Shown here: positions 53,506 to 64,000 of the stretch, piece by piece
How positions within the stretch are numbered: position 1 is the first letter of the stretch
Layout of the letters: every line of letters begins with the position of its first letter
Assembly: GCF_028641065.1 (NCBI RefSeq)
Contig: NC_073380.1
Location: forward strand, 104,656,001-104,720,000
Reading direction: 5' to 3'
From: Leucoraja erinacea
Lineage: Eukaryota
DNA length: 64,000 nucleotides
The notes under the pieces: generated by a model
The model's input: the letters and a program-made list of their open reading frames with translations, nothing else
Databases searched by the model: none
Told to the model about the DNA's origin: nothing
Position numbers and translations under genes: made by a program

Positions 53506-55322
53506 AGGATTTTGCTATTGAAAAGCTATCCAATCACATCAGACAATACTTGTATATAAATACAATCAAGTCAACTTCAAGCATAATAGATAGAGTATAA
53601 GGGAAGATGCAGAGTGCAGGAGATAGTTCTCAGAATTGTAGTGTATCAATTCTGGAGACAAGGTCCAAAGTCCGCAATGGGATAGTTGTGAATCAGACAG
53701 TACTGTGGCTTATGGAAGGACTTCCCAAAAGCCGAATAACAGAGGGAATGAAGCTGTCCCTGAGCTTGGTGGTTCTGGTATAGATAATGGGGCGGTGCCT
53801 CGGTGAAAGCTGAACAAACTCTGTCAACATCTATTTCTATTACTTTCCCAATAGACAGAATTAGTCTCAGGGTCTGGCTTTACCACAAGGTGAATCCCAG
53901 GATAACAATGGGGGAAAAAAGTTTTTTCTATAGTTCATTGATACATCAGAGGGGGTAGCTCTGTTGGTAAGGAATGAAATTCACTCCCTTGCAATGGGTG
54001 ACATAGAATCAGATGTAGAGTCAGTATGAATAGAACTGAGGAATTATAAGGGGAAAAAGACTTTAATGGGAGTTATCTACAGGCCTCCAAATAGTAGGTT
54101 GGATATTGGCATGTCGCAAAGGTAATGCTGCGGTGGTTATGGGAGATTTCAACATGCAGGTAGACTAGGAAACTCAGGTTGGTACTGGACCCCAAGAAAG
54201 GGAGTTTGTATTCTGAGAGCAGCTTGTATTAGAGCCTACCTGGGAGAAGGTAGACTGGATTTAGTGTAGTGTAATGAACTAGATTGAATAAGGGAACTCA
54301 AGGTAAAGGAACCATTAGGTGGTAGTGACCATAATATGATGTTTTAATCTACAATTTGAGAGAGAGAGAAGGGAAAATTGGAAGTGTATTACAGTTGAGC
54401 AAAGGGAACCATGGAGCCACGAGGGAGGAGCTGTCCAAAGTTGACTGGAAAAAGACCCTTGCAGGGATGACAGTGGAACAACAATGGGAGGCGTAATGAG
54501 TCGACTTGAACACACATCAAGATACAACACATGTTTATTAAATCTACATACAGCAAGGATCTGCATGGCAATAATGCCACATCTCCGAGCTGCTACTCAT
54601 TCTAACCAGCGTAAGCGAGCTCTTGATAATATAAAGCACATAATAGGCGGAGTCCATACTAACAAACACTATAATTGGCTAGTATGAATCTGGAGTCAAT
54701 TATAAAAGATGAAATAGCGGCACATTAGGAGAGCAGTAACAGGATCGGTCCGAGTCAGCATGGATTTACAAAGGGAAAACCATGCTTGAATAATTTTCTG
54801 GAATTTTTTGAGGATGTAACTAGGAAAATAGATAAAACAGTGGATGTTGTGTACATGGACTTTCAGAAAGCCTTTGATAAGGTCCTAAATCGGAGATTAG
54901 TGGGCAAAATTAGAGCGCATGGTATTGGGGTAGGGTACTGACATGGATAGAAAATTGGTTGGCAGACAGGAAACAATGAATGAACAATAAAGGGTCCCGT
55001 TCAGAAGGCTCGATGCTGGGTCCGCAGCTATTTACAATATACATTAATTTAGATGAAGGGATTCAAAGTAGCAAATTTGCAGATGACACAAATCAGGTGA
55101 GATGGCGGCGCTGGCTTAACAGCTGCGGCCCACCTGCAGTCCGCCTGTAATTTTTTTTTTTCCTTTCTTTTGTTTCTTGTCTTGTTTTAGTTAATTTTGT
55201 TTTATTAAGCTGTGTACGTGTGTGGGTGGGGTGGGAGTAACCTGCTCTGGTCGCTTCCTTCGGGGTATGCGACTTTTTCCTTGGTCGTATTCCCCGTCTC
55301 CATCTGCGCCGAGGCCTAATGG

Positions 55323-56544
55323 TAGGTATGTTACAAAACCTACCTGAATCGTCATTGGGAATCTGCCCAAAGCCATGTCCGCGATTTTGGCGCTGTTTGG
55401 AGGGGGCGGGTTTAAAACGCGATTTTTACTAGGCTGTTCTAATCGCAGATGTTCAGCCTAGTAAACCATTAACGAAAAATCGCTGCAAGACCCGGTCGCA
55501 AAAGGTATTATTAGTTTTATAGGCCTCGAATAATAGTTATAATAATTTTAAAATCACTCTCTCACTTCGCAACCTCTCGCAGCCCCAGGGTTTTATAAAG
55601 CAAACAATTGAAGGTATGTACCTTATTTTTACATTAAATGGGGCGTGTATATAACCCTGATTATAAAGTTTTCTATAGCGAGTAGCTCATTTTGGGCTTT
55701 TTATATCCCGCAGTATTTTTCTCGGCATTTGAGGGCACTAATCCAGCGCGATGTGAACGTTCTAAAACGGCGCGTTCACAGGAACCCACTAGAAAGCCGA
55801 TTTAAATGGGCATTTATTTACAGTAATTGAACACTAAATTCCTTCCATTTGGCCTATAAATTAATGTAAATTAGATATAAAAATCATGTTATATTGTGAA
55901 TTATTTGTGAATAATCTTTGGACACTTAGGCTATTTAAGAAATGGATAGATGTTTATATCTAGTAATTGAATTTTGATTAAACATGATTTTCTTTTTTAG
56001 TATTTACTATTTGTTTTAGCGTTTAACTTTATAATCTCTACTTTTTTTTCTAAAATTGAAAAATTGAGGAAAAACAACGTGTACAGAGTTGCTTATTGGT
56101 TGTAGTCTGAGGAGTATGATGATGCTACTGATTATGATATGCCAATGTACCAGCTAGCAGCTGATCTTCTCCATAAAGACTTGGTCTTTTGCTAGAAATT
56201 GTAATTTATTTACCTATCCATAACTGACTTACAGCATATTATACAATAATATTAAAGTTCTGATCTTGAGAATATCACATAGGTGAAAATTTCATTCAGT
56301 TCTCTTAATTCTTAAGAAAGTTACGGGCTTTTGACTATCCAAGATCACAGCTTTTTTGTAATGTCCATTGAAAATCAATAGGGAACAAGATGCTAATTTC
56401 CGAGTATGAAAATGGCCATAACTTTTTTAATACATGAGATATAAAAGTGAATTTGGTGTCAAATTAAACTTGTTGTTATGCTTTATCTGATGGGATAAAT
56501 TGCAGACTTGATTTTTAAAATCTCAAAATTTTGTAACATTGCTA
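55323..56544 (+). mobile_element. Non-autonomous DNA transposon with TAG..CTA ends and 7-bp TSD (copy 2)
   Basis: TAGGTATGTTACAAAA / TTTTGTAACATTGCTA; TSD CTAATGG (55316-55322 and 56545-56551). Confidence 0.85.
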
Positions 56545-56572
56545 CTAATGGTGGAGCAGCGACAGCAGTGGC

Positions 56573-56735
56573 GGAGACCCGACCTGGCCCTGGAGCTGTG
56601 ACGGCGGTAGCAGTCCGGAGACCCGACTCGGCCCTGGAGCTGTGATGGCGGTAGCAGTCCGGAGACCCGACTCGGCCCTGGAGCTGTGACGGCGGCGGCG
56701 GCGGTACCGGGGACCTGACTCGGCCCTGGAGCCGT
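56573..56735 (+). repeat. 44-bp GC-rich minisatellite, ~3.6 units
   Basis: GGAGACCCGACTCGGCCCTGGAGCTGTGAYGGCGGTAGCAGTCC starting at 56573, 56617, 56661 and ~56709. Confidence 0.85.
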
Positions 56736-57562
56736 GGCAACTGCAGCGACCACCCGCGGTGTTCGAACCGTCGCCTCGGCGCAGAGGGAGAACAAAGAGG
56801 AAGAGACCGAGACTTTAAGTTTTGCGTTCCACCACAGTGAGGAGGTGTTTGGTGAACTCATTGTGGTGGATGTTAAATTTGTGTTGATTGTGTGTTTTTG
56901 TCATTTAAAAAAAAATTATATGTATGACTGCAGGGAAATAACATTTCGTTCAGACCGGAAGGTCTGAATGACAATAAACGAATCTAAGTCTAAGTCTAAG
57001 TCAAAGCTGGGTGGCAGTGTGAACCATGAGGAGGATGCAATGAGGATGCAGGGTGACTTGGACAGGTTGGGTGAGTGGGCGGATGTGGGGCAGATGCAGT
57101 TTAATTTGGATAAATGTGAGGTTATCCACTTTGGTGGCAAGAACAGGAAGGCAGATTATTATCTGAATGGTGTCGTTAGGAAAAGGTGGAAGCACAACGA
57201 GATTTGGGTGCCCTTGTCCATCAGTCAGTGAATGTAAGCATGCAGATAGAGCAGGCAGTGAAGAAAGTTAATGACATGTTGGCCTTCTTAACAAGACGAT
57301 TTAAGTATAGGAGAAAAGAGTACAGGGACTGCAGTTGTACAGGACCCTAGTGAGACCACACCTGAAGTATTGTTTGCAGTATTGGTCTCCAAATTTGAGG
57401 GAGGACATTCTTGCTATTGAGGGAGTGCAGCGTAGGTTCAGAGTGGCCACAGTTTAAGAATAAATGGTTGGCCATTTAGAACGGAGTTGTGGAAAAACGT
57501 TTTCACCCAGAGAGTTGTGAATCTGTGGAATTCTCTGCCTCAGAAAGCAGTGGAGGTCAATT

Positions 57563-59391
57563 GAATGAGTGAGAGAATGAATGATTGAATGATTGAATGA
57601 ATTAATGAATGAATGAATGATTGAATAAGTTTATTGGCCAAGTATTCACATACAAGGAATTTGCCTTGGTGCTCCGCCCGCAAGTGACAACATGACATAC
57701 AGTGACAGTTAGGAATGATACATAAAACATTAATCATTAATAATAAAACATTCAAATAAAATTTGATTTGTTTCTTTATTATGCCTAACATAAAAAGCAA
57801 GCAAATTCTCAGGCAGCAAACATGCTGGAGGCAATGTAGTCAAACAGTCGCAAATCATGCACATATCTTCTGGAGTTGCCCAAAAATAGAACCATTTTGG
57901 GGCAGAGTGAATTCAGTATTAACGGAGGTATTAGGATATATAGTCTCCAAAAAGTGTTCCATTTTATACCTGGGTAATATAAATACAGTGGTGCTGAAGG
58001 GAGATCATTACTTGGTTAAAGTCCTACTCACAGTTGGCAGAAAGGCCATAACAAGAAAATGGCTTGCAGCGGACACACCCAGATTTAGACAATGGTTAGA
58101 CATAGTACAGGAAATATTTGTGATGGAGAAAATGACATATTCTCTAAGAGTGAAAGAAGAAGAGTTTAACAGAAAATGGGAGAATGGATTAGGTATAGAA
58201 ATAAAGACATCAACGCTGTATAATTGTATTGACAATAATATAAGTTATTGGAATTTTTTTTAATAAGAAAATAGTTCTGTATACGGCATCATTAATTGTA
58301 AACTGAACCCCCCGCTACACTGTTGTACGTTTCTCTGCATTGTTGTATGTTTCGTTGTTATATTTGTGTTTTATTTGCTTATGCATAAAAGCAATAAAGA
58401 CTAAAGTAAAAAACATAAAACATTATTGAATAACCATGTGAATTAAACCAAATACCAGAGCAAAAGGAGGCTACAGATTTTTTGTTATTGAGTAGAGCTA
58501 CTACTCGTGGAAAAAAAGCTGTTTTAATGTCTGGCTGTGGCAGCTTTGACAGTCCGGAGTCGCCTTCCAGAGGGAAGTGATTCAAAGAGTTTGTGGCCTG
58601 GGTGAGAGGGGTCAGAGATGATCTTGCCCGCTCACTTCCTGGCCCTTGCAGTGTACGGTTCATCAATGGAGGGAAGGTTGCAGCCAATAACCTTCTCAGC
58701 TGATCGGACGATTCACTGCTGCCTCCGGGTGTCGTGCTTGGTGGCTGAACCATAGCAGACCTTGAAGGAGAAGGTGAGGACAGACTCTACGATGTCCGTG
58801 TAGAATTGGTCCATCCTTGCCAGTGGCAGGTTGTGCTTCCTCAGCTGCTGCAGGAAGTACATACTCTGTTGTGCCTTTTTGACAGTGGAGTCGATGGTAG
58901 CCCCCCACTTAAGGTCCTTGGAGATGATGGTTCCCAGGAACTTAAAAGACTCCACAGATGAGACTGTAGTGTTGTTGATGGTGAGTGGGGTGAGGGGAGG
59001 GGGAGCTCTCCTAAAGTCTACAATCAATTCCACTGTCTTAAGAGCATTGAGCTCCAGGTTGTTGCGATGGCACCTGGACGCCAGCTGTGACACTCCTGTC
59101 TGTAGGCAAATTCCTCCCCATCTTAGATCAGTCCAATCAGGGTTGTGTCATCCGCAAACTTGAGAAGCTTGACAGAGGAGTCAGTGGAGGTGCAGTCATC
59201 GGTGTAGGGAGTAGAGGGGAGAGGGGAGAGTACGCAGCCTTGTGTTGCTCCTATGCTGAGCATTTGCGGGTCCGAGATTTGCTTTCCCAGCCTCAGATGC
59301 TGCTTCCTGTCTATCAGGAAGATGGTGATCCACCGACAGAGGGGTTCAGGCACAGTCAACTCAGAAAGTTTGGAGTGTAGTAGCTCTGGCA
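57563..59391 (-). mobile_element. Rex1/Babar LINE (RT and 3' end) nested in CR1
   Basis: QGCVLSP, KFADDTTLIGLI, NNLELNALKTVELIVDFRR, FKFLGTIIS; (TCAT)n tail; TSD CAATT (57558-57562 and 59392-59396). Confidence 0.9.
57753..58414 (+). mobile_element. L1-clade LINE 3' fragment nested in the Rex1 3' UTR
   Basis: CWRQC...HIFWSCPKIEPFW (CCHC-type C-terminus), RKAITRKW; AATAAA plus A-rich tail; TSD ATAAAACATT (57743-57752 and 58415-58424). Confidence 0.85.
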
Positions 59392-60181
59392 CAATTCTCT
59401 GAATGCTTTCAAGAGCTAGTTCAATAGACTTCTTAAAGGTAATGGAGTGAAGGGATATGGGGAGAAGGCAGGAACGGGGTACTGATTATGGATCAGCCAT
59501 GACCACAGTGAAGGACCGAATGGCCTACTCCTGCACCTATTATCTTTTGTCTATTGTCTTTTATCATTAGTACTTCAATGATACATGTTACTACTGCCTC
59601 TTTAACAGAAGAACCAAACAATGCCAATAACTGTAATGTATTTTTATTGGCATAGTTTGGTAAGACAAACTGACAATAGGTGCAGGAGTAGGCCATTCGG
59701 CCCTTCGAGTGGTGGGGTAATCGTAATATGTATCATTGGTATATCTTTTTTTTTTAATGTTCTCTACTTTATCATAATTTGTGAAGTGAATAATAAGTAT
59801 CATTGGTGTTGTTTACAATTCATTAATTGTTATCCTTGTTGCTGCATAGATTTTACTGCGTGTAAGCGACCATGTTTTGTGAATATCATGTAGGCCCCAT
59901 AGTTAAGCTACTGTTGCCAGCTTTGGTCTATGAGAATTCATATGTTCCTGCTTAAACAATGGAAGAATGAATTATGACAGCTGTCAGGAAAATGGTCAGT
60001 GACTGCTTGATCCTGTACAGACAATTACTTGCTGGTTGCTCATTAATGTAGTTGATTACATTGTGATTCCAGCAGACTGCAGTACAGTGAACAGGAGCAT
60101 GCAGGATTTTTTTTTGAACTTATTAACTTTGAAAACCAAATATAGGCTCCTATTTGTCTGTTCCTGATGTCCATGGGGAAG

Positions 60182-60655
60182 ATATAACCATATAACCATA
60201 TAACCATATAACCATATAACCATATAACAATTACAGCACGGAAACAGGCCATCTCGGCCCTACAAGTCCGTGCCGAACAAAATTTCTTTTCCCCTTAGTC
60301 CCACCTGCCTGCACTCATACCATAACCCTCCATTCCCTTCTCATCCATATGCCTATCCAAGTTATTTTTAAATGATACCAATGAACCTGCCTCCACCACT
60401 TCCACTGGAAGCTCATTTCACACCGCTACCACTCTCTGAGTAAAGAAGTTCCCCCTCATATTACCTCTAAACTTCTGTCCCTTAATTCTGAAGTCATGTC
60501 CTCTTGTTTGAATCTTCCCTATTCTCAAAGGGAAAAGCTTGTCCACATCAACTCTGTCTATCCCTCTCATCATTTTAAAGACCTCTATCAGGTCCCCCCT
60601 TAACCTTCTGCGCTCCAGAGAATAAAGACATAACTTATTCAACCTATCTCTGTAA
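60182..60655 (-). mobile_element. CR1 LINE 3' end
   Basis: LYSLERRRLRGDLIEVFKMMRG...FFTQRVV; (ATAACCAT)n tail. Confidence 0.9.
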
Positions 60656-60754
60656 AAAGATGATGAAGATATTGTTAAAGATGCAGCAAACTCACTATGT
60701 CAAACAAGGTAACGTCTGTGTAGATTGAGGTTACTATTATTACCAATGCCTCTC

Positions 60755-61085
60755 TCATAAGATCATGTGATAGGGGTAGAATTGGTCCATTCGGCCCATC
60801 AAGTCTACTCTGCCATTCAATCATGGCTACCTCGCTGTCCTAGCCCCATTATCCATGCCTTCTCCCCATAACCTACGACACCCGTACTAATCAAGAATCT
60901 ATCTATCTCTGAGTTTAATATATCCACTGACCTTTCTCTGTGGCAAATAATTCCACAGGTTCACCACCATCTGACAAAAAATATTCCTCTTCAGCTTCTT
61001 CCTAAAAGAACGTTCTTTAATTGACGTTATGATGTCTAGTCCTTGGCACTCCCACTAGTGGAAACATCCTCTCCACATCGACTCT
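60755..61085 (-). mobile_element. CR1 LINE 3' end, older
   Basis: gtagaattggtccattcggcccatc...cccactagtggaaacatcctctccacatc. Confidence 0.8.
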
Positions 61086-61914
61086 GTAACAGCAACAAAG
61101 AAATGTAGAATAAAGCTCAGGCCTACAACATTCCTTATTAATCTAGGTGGTACCATTCAGTACCAGTGTCTTACTGTAAATGCAGCCTCTTTGTGCATGG
61201 CTGTATCATGAAATATATCCATTGTCATATCCATTTAACTTGGGATGGTAAAAGTGAGATCTTTTAAATTTGGAGAATTTTCCTGATCACACATGTACTG
61301 CAGCTGGTTGTTTGTTTGTCAATAAGTACCTCAATAAAATGACCATAATTATCTTTTATATTGATACCTATAATTATCAACAAAAAAAATGCCTGTAGTC
61401 GAAAATCCAAGTCCAGATAGCACTTGGCATAAAGCTCTGGGCTTTGTATAATAATACACCATTTGCATGTTTAAGTGAGCAGATGATGAAAATCACACCA
61501 ATTTCTCAATTATATAATTTGGCTGCATTTAACTTTAATCATTAATATCCTTAATGGTTTGGTCAGGAACTCACAACATCTGAGTAATTTGACAATTTGC
61601 AAACTAATTGTTTGTCAGGTAGGTACATGGATTTTTGCTCTTTTTTCTCATCCGTGTTAAGCCGTGAGCACTTGTAAGTAAAGGGCACCAAAACTGGCCA
61701 ATTAACCTAATTTATAATCGGGCATTACACGTTAAAGTAAGATGGCTGGTTTTGTATATTTTGCAGAAATATTAGACCATGATTCAGAAGATAAAATAAT
61801 GTTATAACATATAGAATGTCTCACCTAAATTTCTTTGTACCACTATGTTTGATGTTGTGCTTTGCAACAAGGGGAGTACAATGTTTTGGCAACATTATGC
61901 AAACATTTCAGTCT

Positions 61915-62357
61915 AAAGCCGCAACAATGGTAGCTTATATTGCAAGTGGGATAGAATACAAAAACAGGGATGCAATGCTGAGGCTCTTTAAGGTGCTGGG
62001 CAGGGCGCATTTATAGTATTGTCAAGAATTTGGGGCACCATATCTGAGGAAGGATGTGCTGGCTCTGAAGAGGATCCACAGGAGGTTTACAAGATTGATC
62101 CCAGGAATGAGTTTGTTAACATATGATGAGCTTTTGACGGCACTAGGCCTGTACTTGTTAGGGTTTAGAAGGATGAGGGAGTACCTCATCGCAACTTATC
62201 AAATAGTGAAAGGCTTGGATATAGTGGATGTGCAGAGGATGTTTCCGCTAGTGGGGAAGTCTAGGACTAGAGGTCATAGCCTCTGAATGAAAGGATGTTC
62301 CTTTAGGAAAGAGATTAGGAGAAATGTATTTTGTCAGAGGGCGGAGAATCTGTGGAA
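61915..62357 (+). mobile_element. CR1 LINE RT C-terminal fragment
   Basis: GIEYKNRDAMLRLFKVL, IHRRFTRLIPGM...FPLVGKSRTRGHSL. Confidence 0.88.
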
Positions 62358-64000
62358 TCTCCACTATGAAGGAAGGAATAATGATAGTGATGGCAGCATT
62401 GTCATATCTGAGTACTGAGTCTGGTTTCTTGGCAGATGAGACTTGCAGATATTTTCTCAGCAGTACCAAGAAGCAAGGTAATCTAGCTTTAAGGAAATTG
62501 AATTTTGGCAAATTTTCAGGGAGGGTATTCGGAAGACTTAATAGAAGACCGCTATCCTTCATGAAAGAAAACGTCTAGGCTGCTGGATAAATTGTTGCCA
62601 GCGATGCCATGTGTGGAGAAGCACGAAATAGTGAGCGAGAGAAATGTCAATAGTAGTTCTGGGCCACCACGCTAAGCACCGGCCCAGAGAGTAATAAACT
62701 CACAACAACTGCATCATTGGCACTAATGCAGATGCATTAAGATAGTCCCAGATGTAGGAAGTGAGCCTTCTCTGCAAAAGGCAGTTTGCCAGTTGGCTGA
62801 GCAGTCAATCACCACTGCTGTTCCTTCGCGGGAAAAACATTTAGACGATGGCACAGGACCAATGAAGACAGGGAGGCAAACACAGATTGCAGGAGCTCGT
62901 TTAAATCATTCTGGGAAAACACATTCATGAATCACACCACACACACACATATTCAATAATCATATGCATTCATTAGCCAACCAAGACTATGCCATACTGA
63001 ATGTAGTTCAGGGTCTACTATTCCCTTATGGTGTAGAAAAGAGAGCAGCATTTCTTAAAGTAAACTCGCATGAGTAAACAAATAAACCAACTAGTATTTC
63101 CCTGAATGTAAATAGGATGTTTGAATGCCTTGAGGGTTTACCCACAGAGACAATTATCCACTTGTCTCTCCGTCAGGGGTGGCTGATCTGTCACTGGTTC
63201 TTGCTGATGTTCATATTTGGCAGTCATCAAGACAAGACCCAGATGTTCCACGACACCATCTTTGTTCCTGACATTCCACTGGAGTGGATTTTCCACCTGC
63301 CTGATCCACCCCAGTGAATTACATTTGATCCTTTACTCAGAATGTGATCTTGGCATTTGAGCTGAACTCCAGTCCATTGTTCGGGTGAAAAATGACTGCT
63401 TGAGCAGCTCAAAATCAGAGGGATACAGAAATAAAAAAGTCATCTTGACAGACAAAGTGAATTGAAAATATATCTTGTCATTTAACATAAAATTTGAATG
63501 ATTTAATATGGTCCCATGGCAAAACGGAATATTAATGACACAATAGTATAGGTAATACTGACTCAAAGCGTTCTGAATGATCTCATCAGTAGTGCCCAAA
63601 ATCTGCTGATGGAATCAAGAAAGTTCCTATGGATTTAATTAGAGCATATCATGACAAAATGACCTTTTTGGGGGGAACTCCCTCATGTGTGATCTAAGCA
63701 CCTTTTTGTGAAATAATTATGGGCAGCATTGACCCTGTGAACAGGTAAGGAATAACTATGCTTAAAGAACTCCTTGAGGTTTACTGCAATAACCTTTTAG
63801 TCTGAATAACGTTTTAAATTATAGTATTCTGAATGCTGAATGAGAAAATGTTGGCTGAAATAGTCAACATTAAAAAAAAAAATAATTCCAATTCAATACC
63901 TTTAAAGAAACAACAATCTCATGCATCTTCTAATATATCCTATTCCTGATGAATATACATTGAAATTAGAAAGTTGCAGAGATTCCCCTGGGTTGTTTGA

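Larger units (their letters stand above)
55093..57001 (+). mobile_element. Family A retroposon inserted in the CR1 RT (itself interrupted)
   Basis: TSD CAAA; TCAGGTGAGATGGCGGCG 5' end; CCACCACAGTGAG...CTCATTGTGGTGG hairpin; TTCAGACC/GGTCTGAA stem; GACAATAAA; (CTAAGT)n. Confidence 0.78.
53945..59555 (+). mobile_element. Long decayed CR1 LINE (endonuclease to 3' end) hosting nested insertions
   Basis: GGVALLV, GVIYRPP, MGDFN, SDHN, QHGFTKGK, DFQKAFDKV, FADDTK|LGG, QFNLDKC; continuous across inserts 55093-57001 and 57563-59391. Confidence 0.85.

Noticed and set aside
56573-56735. Regularly spaced repeats as a CRISPR-like array
   Set aside because: Contiguous tandem units with no unique spacers, eukaryotic context, no cas genes.
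62324-62900. Short ORFs and a GC-richer block after the last CR1
   Set aside because: No motif or splice structure I can assign; probably an old repeat.

Overview
Eukaryotic (vertebrate) genomic DNA. The repeat content (HE1-like SINEs, CR1, Rex1/Babar, Penelope-type modules) points to a cartilaginous fish, probably a skate or ray; this is inference. The only host gene is a complete cerebellin-2 (CBLN2) on the minus strand: three coding exons at 5952-7693, about 201 aa, with probable 5' UTR exons and promoter up to about 8.7 kb. The remaining ~55 kb is upstream intergenic DNA dense in transposon relics whose ends can be read from the sequence. These include a solo LTR 2 kb upstream of and co-oriented with CBLN2, an IR/DR Tc1, two Harbinger-type MITEs, a head-to-tail Helitron dimer, a near full-length RTE LINE, and a DIRS tyrosine-recombinase retrotransposon with intact ITR/ICR architecture caught in a ~5.9 kb tandem duplication. 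There are also two copies of a TAG..CTA DNA transposon with unusual 7-bp TSDs, a family of GC-rich non-autonomous retroposons, Penelope-type hammerhead-ribozyme relics and a multi-layer nest of insertions. I see no convincing novel protein-coding system. The best leads are non-coding mobile-element structures and their possible effect on CBLN2.
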